From Vicugna vicugna (Eukaryota): a stretch of DNA of 64,000 nucleotides. Under the pieces are notes generated by a model. That model was not told the origin of the DNA and did not search any database. It saw only the letters and a list, made by a program, of their open reading frames with translations. Location of the stretch: positions 3,809,111 to 3,873,110 of the forward strand of contig MU058824.1 in assembly GCA_013265495.1 (NCBI GenBank), in the 5' to 3' direction. Position numbers and translations under genes: made by a program. This document shows, piece by piece, positions 47,271 to 59,710 of the stretch; within the stretch, counting starts at the first letter, position 1; every line of letters begins with the position of its first letter.

Positions 47271-48764
47271 GTATGACCCAAGAGAAGGAAGGGCACTGCG
47301 CAGGCAGATCTGAGATAAGGGGAGGTCCCAGATCTGTACCGAGGAGTCTTGGATTGAAGCAAATCCCCACGGCCCCAGAACTTTGTGAATGTGCAGACTT
47401 TCTGAGGCTACTTTGAGTGGAGGATTCCTGGAAAGAGAACTCCCCAGGAAGGAGCCAGAGACACTTGCAGCAGGGAAAGTGGCTGCAGGGGAATTGGAAT
47501 CTGGAGAGCAGCCATGTACCAACCCCCACCCCCCAGGAACTTTTTGGGGAAGTGTAGAGCTGGTACCTGGAGACAGCAGCAAAGGCATTGATTCAGCAGA
47601 AGCCCCAGCTGAGGGCCCTGCCTGTGGAGCTGGGGGAACCTGCCTGGAGGAGCGGTACTGAAGGCAGGTAGCTCAGGTCTAGATCGGGGTGCACCTACAT
47701 GGTGTGGGGTCGGGTCTGTTCTAACACATGCCTCGAAGAAACGGCCCTTGTACACTCTGTAGCTATTTCTCCCTTCACCAGGGCTGGACAGGGCTGGGCT
47801 GACCTTAGAAATCAGCCCAGGAATGTGCAGATGGGGTCAAGGAAAGGACTTGTTCAAGGTCACGTGGCAAGTCAAAGGAAGAACCAGGCTGACCTTCTTT
47901 CTGTGGCAGCAGCCTGTCCTTTTCCTCCCGACTCCAGGCTAGTGGGATATCTTCCCCTTACCCTAAAATTGTTCACCAAGCAATGAAAAGGAAGCATTGT
48001 GTCTCCTGACCTCATGCAGGTCTGGCACTCCTGGGGTGGTTTCTGGGTGACCTGGCTTCTGGAGCGACTCAAAGCAGGATTCCCACCCCACCCATGCCAC
48101 CCTTCACATGTTCTTCCTGAGTCCAGATCTTCCCCAAGCCCTACCTGGCCAGCTGCAAGGGCATCTCCTGGGGTGCAGGCAGGGTGGAGCTTCAGCCTGG
48201 GACCCACTGGCCATGCCAAGGCCCCAGCTCCTCCCACTCTCGGCTTCTCCCCCAGAGTCAGGCAGCTGGACAAAAAGAAATGATTGTTTTCTTTTCCTGG
48301 GTCTAGTTTCCCTCTGGAAGCTGTGACCCAATTAGAAAATCAGACAGAGAGAAAAATCTGGCCACGACCCCAGCTGAGGTTACCAAGTCTGGGCTCACAC
48401 TTGGTCTCTGCCTCCCACACGCCCCTCCGAGGGCCCAGCCGGCTCAGGCTCCCCCAGCCTCATGCAGCAGACCTTCCTCGGCGCCGCACTCCTCCGTAAT
48501 TGGTGATTTATCCCCCACTGACTTCCAAAATGGATTTGAGGCAGCTTCTTGACCTTTCAAGAACATCAGCCTGAACCTGAGATCCCTGTCATAAAATCAG
48601 AGGACTGCCAGTGGGCCACAGGCAGAGGCTCAGGAGGGAACCGGCTGGCCCCGCACAAGTGGGCTGGGTTTTAACAGGGTCCCACATCGAGCCAGTGCTT
48701 TGTGCCGGCCCTGCAGCGGGAGTTACCCTCGCCGTGCTGCTGGGAGCAGGGAGCTCACTTTCTT

Positions 48765-49008
48765 GGAAAAGGTTTCTGTCTGGATGCATTCCAGAGCAGG
48801 CTTCCAAAAACATACTTTTAATCAAAAAGAAGATCACCAGAAAAACTGGGACAAATTGTGATTTTAGCAGTGGACAATTATAAATGCCAGGAGGGGTTGC
48901 CAGTTGGCAAATAAACTCCTCTGCTGAGTTCTTGGATTAATTACACCACCAGTGAGCTGACCGATGGGGTCTGTCTGAATTGTCCTCATTTGTGAGATAA
49001 ATTTTAGT
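48765..49008. promoter_or_regulatory. Candidate conserved non-coding element
   Basis: Repeat-free, with ttaatca, acaattata, RFX-like gttgccagttggcaa, ggattaatta and agataa. Confidence 0.35.
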
Positions 49009-49009
49009 C

Positions 49010-49150
49010 TTCTTTCCTTCCTTCCTTCTTTCCTTCCTTCCCTCCCTCCATAGCCTTCCCTGCCTTTCCTTGTTTCCTGCTCTTTCCTTCCTCCCTTCCT
49101 CCTTCCTTCACTTACTCTCTCCCATTCATTCATTCATTCATTCATTTATC
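49010..49150. repeat. (TTCC)n polypyrimidine tract and (TTCA)n L2 tail
   Basis: Direct inspection. Confidence 0.8.
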
Positions 49151-49539
49151 AGACAATCCCTAAGCTCCTCCTGGGTGATGAACCCAGTTCATGGAGTGGG
49201 CACAGAAATAATTGAATTTCCCAAGACCTTGGAGCATCTATGTTACCTGCTCAGAATGGAAAGAAACCAGCTTGAATGTGGTTTGTTTGTGGGACTGCTA
49301 GCCCTAGGGACTAGGCAGGGACTCCTTGGGCACAGGAGGGTGAGGTTTGGGGCTGCAGGGCTCCTCTGCTGATAGGAAGAGATGCTCTGGCCTAAGGCCA
49401 GCTCACCCTGGGCCTCCCCGGAAGGGCTCCAAGGGAAGCCTGGCCCCCAGAAATCTCTGTCCCTGAAGCGGGTGCCAGGCCCATGTGTACAAACAGGGGT
49501 TCAGTATTTAGGAGCGGGGAGGAGCAGGGAGCTGCCCTG

Positions 49540-49770
49540 AATGGCTGCCCGCTTTGGAAATTTCTATGCATTTGTAATAACAAAATTACCATAATTTGCT
49601 CGTTAACGCAGCTAGATCAGTCAAGCATTGTTCCAGCGCGGGCAGGGAGGCCGCAGTGCCTCTCTCTGCACACTCCACACCCCAGCCAGCCTGCCAGCCC
49701 GTTAGAGCGCTGGAAATTAGCATGCAAATGGTCCTAATTCGGTGGGCGAGCTGTCAGGCAGCGCCTCTCC
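49540..49770. promoter_or_regulatory. Candidate SOX/POU enhancer
   Basis: CATTGTT (49626), near-palindromic double octamer ATTAGCATGCAAAT (49716-49729), CTAATT, CTGTCA; CpG-rich flank to ~50030. Confidence 0.45.
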
Positions 49771-50559
49771 GGCCTCATCTCTGTGAAGGCCCTGACAGCC
49801 CAGCTCCAGCGCCAGCCCACCCTCCTCGCTCCAGCCAGGAGGGGCTCCGAGGGGCACCTCCAGACTGACAGCTTGGCGGCCTCCCTCCCTCTGTCAGCGC
49901 CATCAGGCCTGGCGGCAGGCTCCCCGGGGAGCAGGCAGGGCCTGCCACCACGCCAGCCAGCCAGGGGAAGCGAGGAAGCGGGCGGGTAGACCGGTGGGGG
50001 AGGCCGGCCGGCACTCAAGTCCACCAGTCTTGGGCAGCGTGAGGGTGGAGTGGGGCCCCCTGACTCAGGACCTGGTTGGGGCACAGGGGCCCTCATGGCG
50101 TGTGGGTTCTGCAAGTGGCCCAGTGGGGACTCTGGGGCACTTTCTCCCACCTGCACACCCAAAAGGAGCGTGTCCAATTCCTGCCTCACTCTCCCTTCTT
50201 TGTCTCCCAAGCCTGACAACACATCCCTGCTCAGCCTCCTCCTTACCTGCAACATCACTGTCTGAATCTATGCATGTGGTTTCTCCAGCTGTGATGGAGA
50301 ATTGGGGGAAGCTAAGAAGGGTGTGATGTGGGCTGGATGCCCTGGACCAGGACTCAGCACCCTTGGGCCTCAGTCCTGCCTCCATGTTGGCTAGCCTTCG
50401 GGAAAATTCACCTTCCCCACTCTGTGTCTCTGTGGTGGAGGCATCTTTACGGTCTTCCACCAAGGGCTGTCATGAGGATGAGAGAGAGGAGAAGGCCTGG
50501 CTTTCTCGAAGTAGCTGACATCTAGTGAGAAAGCCTATGGGCTGGTCATTTCCCAGTCT

Positions 50560-50700
50560 GCTTGCCCTTCACAATAACCCCACCGGGTTGGTGTTAATGG
50601 TATCCCATTTCACAGAGGAAGAAGCTGAGGCCTCAGCACAGAGTAACTTGCCCAAGTGGCAAGGGCCGGAATCGAGTCCAGCCTTGCTTGCTTGAAGCCC
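50560..50700 (-). mobile_element. MIR SINE
   Basis: cttcacaataaccc...tatcccatttcacagaggaagaagctgagg...gtaacttgcccaag. Confidence 0.8.
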
Positions 50701-52214
50701 TTTTAACAAGAGAAAATGCAGGACCGTCAGAGGTGGGTCATGCTTCCGCCTCCATGATAAAAGGCATGATGGCACCAACTTACAGGCAGTCTGTGCCTCT
50801 TAACGGTGCTTGGCACGCCCTCAGTTCTGAATAAATGTGGATTGAAAGAAGAGAGCCCAGATGGGCCCAGGTATGATAATCTTTGGGGTCCACTGTCTCC
50901 ATCCTTCTGTTCCCCTCCTAATCTGTGACAGCAGAGCGCAGAAGCTACGGCAGGAGAGAGAGGAAGCCACAGAGCTTATCTTAACGTTTCCCCAGGCTGT
51001 TTCTCAGGACTTTGGTCCTTCCTCCCCGGAAGTGGATTCAGCCCCACTCCAAGACTCAGGGTGGGGCAGGTAGCTGGTAGGCTGGATCTCAGTCCCCATA
51101 TACTTAATCAGCTGGTTGCTCCTGTGCAGTGAACAACCTGCTCATCCCATCATGGCTGTCCTGCCGCCTTTGCCTGTTTTCAGGGAATCTTACTGGAACT
51201 TTCCAGCTAAATCTCCATCTAGATAAATGGAGAGGTGAGAGAGACCCTGAGAAATTCAAAACCCTAGCTGGTTCCTGGCTCTTTGAGGGGCAAAGGAAGC
51301 TCATGAGCCTGAGTCCGTTCTGCATCACAGCACCATCCACCACCCAGCACAGAACCTACCACGGAGCAGATGCTCAGTGAAGGTTTGAGAAGCCACACTG
51401 AATAACTTGGGACCAAGAGAGGAAGCAAACACATGAACATGTGCAGGGTGAACTAAAAGCCATCCACCATGCCTACCTCAGACCAAATGCCTTGAGCCGT
51501 GGGTGGCTTTTCCTTTCCACCTGATCTTTGGTTTGTTGTTTGGGGGCCATGATGTGAGCCTGATGGAACTAGATTCCCAGGTAGCAACCTTTCAGTAGCT
51601 GCTGTTGGGCTGTTCAGAACACGTGTGGGAAAGGACTAGCCCCGCCAAGCACAGGATCCCAGGCCAGGAGGACAGCTCAGGGGCGCTTTCCTTCCCACCC
51701 CAGTGGGCGACGCTGGGTGCTTCTGCAGTTGCCTGGATAAGACAGGATGGATGCCTGCAAACTTCATTTCCGCTCCGGGAAGAATTGCCCAGGCTCCCCC
51801 TAGTGGAGAATCGGGATGCATTCTGCGTGTGGTGTTGCTGGTGTGGGCAGGACAGGACAGGACAGGACCACCTGCCCCCCGCCACACTCCTCCTCAGTTA
51901 ACCTGCAGTTGGTACATCCATAGTTTCAAGGAATCCTCACCAGAACTCCATGGGTGCCTTGGTAATCGCTTTTGTTACAGGCTCGTGAGAGGAGGAGGCT
52001 GGCCCAGGCTACGCAGAGCCAGGACTGGAATCCAAAGTGCCTCCCCTCCACCCAGCAGTCCTCATCTGGCCTCACCCTGTGAGTGTCCTTGGCTTTGGCC
52101 AGCTAACCATCTGCTTGGGTGGCCACACAGCCTGGCCCTTCCCAGCCTCCTGGCACTAGGCTCCAAGTGGCCAGAGGTACCCAGTCTGTGGGTAGGTTTG
52201 TAAATATTTATAGT

Positions 52215-52732
52215 GTCTTCCTTACTGGTATCCCCACTGCCACCCTTGTCCCCTTAAGTCCATTCTCACCTTAGCAGCCAGAGTGAGCCTGTGACAATCT
52301 GAGTAGGGTCATGTCCCTCTTTTGCTCATTTGGAGTAGAGGCCAAAGTTCCGACATGACCTCCCCTTTCCCACTTCCCTCCTCGGCCTCATCTTCTAACT
52401 GCCTTTCTTCACCTTCCCTCTCCAGCCTCACAGACCTCCTCACTGCCCCTCCAACTTGCCATCCATGTTCCTGCCTCAGGGCCCTTGCACCTGCCATTCC
52501 CTCTGTTCAGAGTGCTCTTCCCATAGGAATGCACATGGCTGACTCTCCCTTCCTTCGCCTGTTTATTCAAAAGTCAGCTTTTTCGGTGAAGCCATCCCAG
52601 GCACTCTATCTAATATATCACCACCTTATGTTTTCTCATTAACACATACTGTATGCTTTATTTTTTACTTATTTGTCTTGTTTATTGTCTATTTGTACCA
52701 CTAGAATATAAGCTGTCTGAGGGCAGGGACTT
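52215..52732 (+). mobile_element. LINE-2 3' region
   Basis: agcagccagagtgagcct...cctgcctcagggcccttgcacctgccattccctctg...cactagaatataagctgtctgagggcagggacttt. Confidence 0.85.
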
Positions 52733-52772
52733 TGATGGAAGTGTCAGTTGAATTTAAAAAAGAAGAGGTCTC

Positions 52773-52813
52773 CATCAGCCAACTTCATCAGCCAACTCCG
52801 TCAGCCAACTTCA
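52773..52813 (+). repeat. 3 x 13-bp tandem repeat
   Basis: catcagccaactt catcagccaactc cgtcagccaactt. Confidence 0.85.
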
Positions 52814-53151
52814 GGACTGACTTTCTCACTCATGGGGAAACTGAGGCCTGGACTGGGGAGGAGTCTTGCTCCAGTGAGTCTGTGATAGAGACAGGACTTC
52901 AATGGGACTCCTGCCTCCTGCTCCAGCCTTAACGGTTGTGCGAACTGGCCTGAGGCATGGTGCCTTATCAAGCTCACTACGTATTGGCGGTGCCCAGCCA
53001 CTTGCCTGCAGTCCAGCCACACCAGCCAGCCCCTCTTAGCGGTCAGCCTGTGGCAGTTAGCCTTTTTCAAGGCTGGCCTTCTTAGGGGCCTGGTTTCAGA
53101 GGGGACCAGACAGTGTGCCTCTGAGGACGCTGGGAAACTCTTTAATGTGGG

Positions 53152-53470
53152 TCAGTGCTTCTCAAACTTTACTGCACACAAACTCCTGGGGGATCATCTT
53201 CCAGAGCAGATCTGGTTCAGTAAGACTAGAGAGGGGTCCAGGACCCCTACTGATGCTGTTACACTCTGAGTAGCAAGTGTCTGTCCACTGTTTCTCAAAC
53301 TCACTGCGCATGGAATCACCTCGGAAGTTTGGACTATTCGTCTGATACTGATACCTGGCCCCATCCCAGAGATTCTGATTTAACTAATAGTGGGTGTGGC
53401 CTGGTTGTCTGGATTCCTTAAAGCTCTGCTGGTAATTCTAATGGAGAGCCAGGTTTGAGAACCAGTGGCC
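53152..53470. mobile_element. Two adjacent MER5-family (hAT-Charlie) elements
   Basis: cagtgcttctcaaacttt...ctctgagtagcaag and ccactgtttctcaaact...gaatcacct...cccagagattctgatttaa...gtttgagaaccagtgg. Confidence 0.8.
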
Positions 53471-54064
53471 TGGGTCCCCATACATTATTCCTGCCCTCTG
53501 GGGCAGCTCCACTCTGGGAGAGCCCTGCAACTTCAAGAGAAGGGGATTCTTTGACACGGTGAAGAAGGGTGAGGAGCTGGGGGGCTATATCCTATCCATC
53601 AGCCTTGGGAGAGGGAACCCCAAGGATTGAAAGGGGGCACAGCTACTGAAGGAGAAGGGCTGCTGAGACCTTGAGGCCAGCAGAGGGGAGGGGTGGAGTG
53701 CCCGGGAGCCCTTCCAGGCAGAGGAGCGACCAGGAGAGCTGAGCAGCTGGATGGCTCCGCAGAGCCTGGTCTTTGGCTTCGTCTTGACCCTGACTCTGAT
53801 CGAGACATAACTCCCTTCCCCTCTTCAGCCCAGCCTGCTTCTCTACCTGTATTGTGCGCTGGTCCTCAGCCACCCAGGACTAGAGTAATTTATGTGCATG
53901 TTGCCCTCTCCTGCGGACTGCGAGCTCTCGGTGGGCAGGGACCGTGTCCGATTCATCTCCGCCTCCGGCCCCAGGCCCTGCACGCTGGGGGCAGGAAAGG
54001 TGTGCAGAATTGAGTGCAATCCTCGGGGCACCCTGGGGCTCCAGGCCGCTGTGCCACAAGTTCC

Positions 54065-54200
54065 CAGCCCAGGGCAAAGCCTGCGCATCAAGGTAGTAAT
54101 TGTGGAGGTAAATCTTGTCTGGTCTCCTTGCAAACACTTGGTGAGGCATTCCATAAATATGTCAGCACCAGCATTAAAATTTGATGGCAGGCGGCGTGGG
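54065..54200. promoter_or_regulatory. Candidate conserved non-coding element
   Basis: TAATTG (54097), GCAAACA (54130), CCATAAA (54151) next to TGTCA (54160), cattaaa. Confidence 0.3.
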
Positions 54201-54709
54201 TCGGCACTAGCACTGTGACTTCCCAGCAAGGTATGTCACCTCCCTCTCATTAGTCAGCGGCAGGACGCTCGGGCCCCCGCGCCGAGCTAGGCCCAGCCAA
54301 GGGGGAGGTGAGTTCTTCAGAGGAGGACCCCTGGCTGCTCTGAGGGACAGGCCAAGGTCTAGGTCACAGGAATGTAACTCAGCTTTGGGCTGACGTCGGG
54401 CTGAGAGAAGGCGTCTCAGGAGGCTTGAGAATGTGCCGGGAGGTTAGGGGGCCTCTGAGCTGGAGGGGGCTGGGCTATTTTTTGAGTCTGGAAGCTGATA
54501 ATAGGGACTGGGACTTGTTTCAGCTTCATCAGCAGCCTGATGGAAATTGTCTATTTGCCCACAAAAAGGCCTCATAGAACACTTTCTAAGAGCATGGGGT
54601 TGGATTCATCATTTAAACAAGCAAAAGGGCATTTGAGCAGAAGTCAGAAGGGAAAAAGTATTCCTTAATGCAGAGAGATGGGAAACCAATCTTCTCTACC
54701 TCCCACCCG

Positions 54710-54830
54710 CCATAGTTCATTTGGGGAAACTGAGGCTAAGTGAACCTGAAAGGCACACGTTCAAGGTCACACAGTGTTAGAGACAGAGCAAGACTGGGGC
54801 CCTGACTCCTAGTTCAAGGCTTTCCCTACA
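54710..54830 (-). mobile_element. MIR SINE
   Basis: ggggaaactgaggct...caaggtcacacagtgttag...ctgactcctagttcaaggcttt. Confidence 0.75.
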
Positions 54831-56534
54831 ATCAAGAATTTGGGGCACTTGTTGAAATATTAGAGAATCATCTGGAAATTTAATTTTCATCAACAACAAG
54901 CCCCTGTGCATCCATTTTTTTTCAGCCATCACACAGAGCACATGCTGTGTGCCAAGGACTGAGTTAAGCATCAAATCTAGCCCCTCGAATTTGTAGAACA
55001 CTTTTTGACTCACAAAAAGTTTCAAATTTGGTCCTGTGAGTGTTGTAATGTCACATTGCAAATGAGGAACTCAGGTTCAGAGAGGTAAAGTGACTTTTTA
55101 AGGTTAAGTGGCTGAGGGGCTTTGACAGGGACTGACCAGCTCCATGCCCACGGTCTTTCCCATAGCCTCAGTTATCCACACAGAGTGGCAGCCATGGCTG
55201 CTCTCACCACCTGTGCAGAGTATCAGCGCCCACCTTTTTACAATTATTTACCAAAATCACGATGTGGTTCAGAGCTGTGCAAGGGTTTCTGGGCCTATTG
55301 GTCAGTGTGCTCCATCAGCAGTTGCTTTGACCAGGAATTGAAGGAGGTCAGAGTCAGGCCTCTGTGGCCATTCCACACCAGGACATGCTGTGTCCTGCAG
55401 AACTACCTCCTCTTTGTGAGGAGCTGGAGGCCGCCTCACCCCAGGCTCCCCTCCACGGGGACAGGGGCAGTGCACTTCGACTCTGGTGGGAGGTGCATAG
55501 GGGCATATTTCAGTAACCTACTAAATTATGCAGCTTCAATGTCCTTCAAGGTCCAGATCATGGGCACTTCTTACAAGAAGCCTTCCTGGATACCCCATCC
55601 AGAATAAATTATAACTTCTGCTCTGTTTCTAAACCTTCCTCACCCTTTGCCAGTGCCTGAGTGTCTAGTTCTAGGTCCAAGGAATCCCCTTAGATACAGG
55701 GAGTTCCCTGAGGACTGCAGCATGTGCGCCATCCCTGGGGAGGGCCGAGGGAGCCTAGAGCAGAGCTGTGAATGGAGTAGGGCCACCGTGAATGCAGAAT
55801 TGAATGGATTTACCAGAATACTCATGAATTTGCTAGACATCCATCGCAGATGTGTGAGTTGGATTTTCTTGGGAATGCAGTTCAACGTAATTCCAACAGA
55901 ACTCTGTAGAACCTGCAGCTTGGCAGAGTAGGCTGTGGAATGGGGGCTTCTGGCCACATTCTTTTCACCCAAAGAAAGTCTTCAGGTTTCCGTACTGAGC
56001 ACCTTCTGATGGCCAAATGAGTACTAAGGAAAAACCTTCCCAGTTCTCCAACCCAGCCTTCGCCCTATGAAATGCAGTCTAGTCCTGATTTCTGAGCTCT
56101 AACTCTCAGTGGGTTTTCTCTTCTTATTCTTCTTTTAACTTTGTTGCTTTTTTGGAATGAGCCAACCTTTGTGCTGTCATTATGTGGCAGGGAGGCCCAG
56201 AGAGGCCTGGTGAGGATCCTAGCCGTTCAGGAGAGTGTCTCTTTCCTCCTGTGGGACCTGCACCCTGGCCCCTGCAGCAAACATTGCCCAGTTCTCTTTT
56301 CTGTGTGTTTTGCTGCCTTTCTCTGTCTTTCTGTCTCATACTTCTATCAGGTATCAAGGACCAGTGTTTCCCTAATGCTTTGAAGTATGATTTCATGACC
56401 TGCTTCTGTCTGACGATGAAAGAGCCTGGCCCAAGGAACATCTGTCGGGCACAGGCCATGCTCACTCAGCCGGCATTGGTACTATGGGTGGGGCCCTGCA
56501 CTGGGAGCGGCAGGGGCTGCTGAGATCCGTCAGT

Positions 56535-56960
56535 CGCACATGATCAGTCCTGGCTCCTGCCCTTAAGGAGGAGCCACAGACTCACCGATGGGGGAAGTGA
56601 GATAGGGTTACAACCACCCTGAGTCTGGGCAGGAAGTGCTCTGGGCCATAGTCAGGGATGGACCCAGGGCTGGGACCTCAGGAGACAGTGGGGATGATCA
56701 ATCCAGAAAGGTTAACTGGAGGAGGTGGTATTTGAGCTGGGTCTTGACAAGGTGGAGGAGAGGAAGGCGGCATTTCAGATGAAGAAAACAGCATGAGTGG
56801 ATGGAGATGTGCTCCACAGAGCACATGGGGAACAGCAGTTGGCCTGGAACATGGCTTTCAAGCAGTGGAGCAGTGGGGGGTGTGGCTGGGAAGCTCAATG
56901 GGACAGATCCTACAGGGCCTTGAATCCCACCTCCAGGCTTCTGGGCATTACCCTGCAGGC
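56535..56960 (-). mobile_element. LINE-2 fragment
   Basis: cctgcccttaaggag...ggaggaggtggtatttgagctgggtcttga...cagatcctacagggccttgaatccc. Confidence 0.75.
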
Positions 56961-57199
56961 TTGATCCTCACAAGTGTGCTGCCTGTGGGCACTCCCAGAT
57001 TAGGGAACACACCAGAAACCAGGAACCCCCACCAACAGATCAGGTGTTGTCTTGCACCCTAGTGAGACATTTGAAGGTTGTCTTGTCCATTGTTTGCTAG
57101 GTGAGGGCACTGGGACAGAATTTTTGAATAATACCACAGCAAGAGAGCAGGTTAAAACTGAACCAGAACTGCTCAAAATATGCTACAGCTTATCTCACA

Positions 57200-57462
57200 T
57201 TGAAGGGTCTCACACTGAAATACCTACAGGGGCCAGGCACGCCACAGAAACAGGGGAAGTCAGCCTTGGGGGACAAGACAGTTGTAAATTGCTTGTTCTG
57301 TACCTGATGACACACTTGCCCCTTTAAAACACTGGGCAGCCAGGGATGAAATGTACGGTGTGGGGAATAAACAAACAAGCAAAACCCCCCAAACACTAGG
57401 CAACCCATCCATATGTTTCTGTGGGCCTCATGTGATGCGAGGGCCCCGGTTCTTGCCTCTGA
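57200..57462 (+). mobile_element. MER102-like hAT element
   Basis: gggtctcacactgaaatacctacaggggccaggca...tttaaaacactg...tctgtgggcc...tgcctctg resembles the MER102 consensus ends as recalled. Confidence 0.55.
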
Positions 57463-58223
57463 TGGGCGGCCAGCGGCTGGGGGCTGTGCACGCCTTGTGG
57501 CCCATGTTGGAGGCAGTAATGCAAGCTTGGGCTTGTTTCCCCTAAGTCCCCTGAAGATCCCTTGCAGACAACTACATAAAGTGGGCTGAAGGAAGTGGGC
57601 TGAAGGCACAACAGCCTCCTCTCTACATGGGACCAAGCTGAGGCCCAGAACGGTCACCTCACCACCTCATGGTTGGTCAGTGGCACAGCCAGGCCTCAGC
57701 CTTAGTCTCCAGCATGGGCTCGCTGTGACTTAGCCAGCAACTGCGAAGTCCATGGCTCTCCAGAGAAGCAGAAAGAGACACACTCTGCGTTCTCCCCCTC
57801 ACTCTCCCCATCTCTCTCTCGGTTTTTCTCCTCTCTCTGTTTTTCTGAAGGCCTTCGTGGCTGGTGGGAGAAGAGGTTTTTCCCAGGACCTGATCGATGC
57901 TCTGTGTGCGGGGCTGTCCGGGCTGACAGGGCTGACCTTTACTGAGGCTGCTTGGGTTTTCCTTTCTCTGTCGGGAGCCCGGGAAGTTTCTTGCACCAGA
58001 GAGAGGATGGTTGAGAAAGCTTGGCCTTCAAGGGAGCCAGCCTGGGGGTGGGTACAGTGAGGGTAGGAAGGGGGAGAATCTGGGCCAGGAAAGCCCTTTG
58101 AAGTCAGTTATTTAAATCTCTCCCATACACACCACCTTTATAGATGAGGAAACCAAGTCTTGGTGAGGAGAAGGGACTTGATCAAGGTCACTCAGAGAGA
58201 CTTGACAGAGCCCCAGAATCCTC

Positions 58224-58410
58224 TGTGTGTGTGTGTGTGTGTGCGCACACATATCCATATACATCCATATGAGGGTATGTATATATTATACATATTACAT
58301 GGATACACATATATGTGTGTATATATTATGTATAAACGTGTATATGATAACAACACATATGGCATATAATGTAATCATATATATATACAATTTATATATA
58401 TATGTATTTG
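58224..58410. repeat. (TG)n and (TA/CA)-rich low-complexity tract
   Basis: Direct inspection. Confidence 0.85.
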
Positions 58411-58599
58411 AAAGGCTGACTGTGCCTGTGTTGGGCACTACAGTATTGCACCCACCCAGTGTTGTATTTGCCTAGGTAGCATCTGACCCCTGAGCCACAG
58501 CACCTCATGCCATTCTACAAAACCACAGGGAGGAGCTGGAGAAATCTCATGGTCCCTTTCAAATCATTCTTTCCTCCTCTTCCTCTGCAAAGATTTTCT

Positions 58600-58990
58600 C
58601 TCGAAGCTCAGTTTGAATCCTTCAGAAACAGAACTTGGCTGCGAAGTCACTTTGAAAGACTTTCTGTATGTTAATTACAGCCGGCCAAGGTCTCGAGCAG
58701 AGGTGGGAGCCCACCATCTGCAGATGGGGTCGGCCCCCAGCGCGCTCTGCAAATCCCCATCATCTGGCAGGTGTCGTTTTGGGTTAATTAAGAGCTACAC
58801 TGAGCCCGTTTACCTGTCACTTCTGAGAATTTTAGGAAACTTTGACTTTCTTGCCGTTTCTGAGCTCTTAGCGAAGGGGAAACTGAAAACATCTCTGATT
58901 CTGACGATATACTCGGCCCTGGAATCTCCAGGAGAGCTGCATTCAGTGCGTTTTCTTGTGGCTTCCTTGAAACTTTTCATTTTAATCGGT
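58600..58990. promoter_or_regulatory. Candidate conserved non-coding enhancer (bHLH and homeodomain)
   Basis: Palindromic double E-box CCATCTGCAGATGG (58714-58727), further CATCTG and CAGGTG, gttaattac, TTAATTAA, ctgtca. Confidence 0.45.
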
Positions 58991-59314
58991 CCTATGTAGT
59001 TACCTCATTGGTTTTGACAGCCTGCTCTTCTGTGTTTGAAAGATGGTGCTGTTTGTGGGAAATCTACTGTTTATCCTAAATTTGTTAAGCCTCTGCTTTC
59101 TTTCTGGGTCCCTGAGGAGAGAACATCCCTTCCTCAGCTTTCTTCTGTTTAGTGGCTTTGGAAGGACTTTTGATTTGTGGGTCAAAGACCTCTTTCAGCA
59201 ATCGGGGTTTGGGCTGCCAGTGCTCATCTCAGAGCTTCACGTTCATGGGGAAACGACTTGGTCAATCCTCAGATAACTGGGTTCTCTGTTGGTCAAAAGA
59301 CCCCCTTCTCTGGC

Positions 59315-59710
59315 ATAAGAGAACTTTCCCTCTCTGGGGTGATGATAACGTTTTATATCCTGAAAGAGGTTTGGGTTACACACATGTATACATTTGTCAA
59401 AACACAGCAATAGTACCTTTAAGATTTGTGCATTTCATTATGTGTACACTTTACATCAAAAGAAAAAACTTTTAAACAAATAATAAATTTCAGTTAATAA
59501 TATGCATGCTGAAGTACTTAGGGGAAAATGTATTGATGTTTCCAATTTACTTTGAAATACATAAAAGATAAGATGAATGGAAGACTAGAGGTAGAGAGAG
59601 AGTAAGCAAGTATGAGAAAATATTGATGGTGTAATTAGGTAATGAGTACACAAGTGTTCACTGCAAAATTCTTTCAACTGTGCTGTGTGTTTGAACATTT
59701 TTAGCCATAA
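59315..59710 (+). mobile_element. Old L1 (L1MC/L1ME-type) 3' UTR
   Basis: ctggggtgatgataacgttttatatc...acatttgtcaaaac...aagatttgtgcatttcatt...tgttcactgcaaaattctttcaact. Confidence 0.85.
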
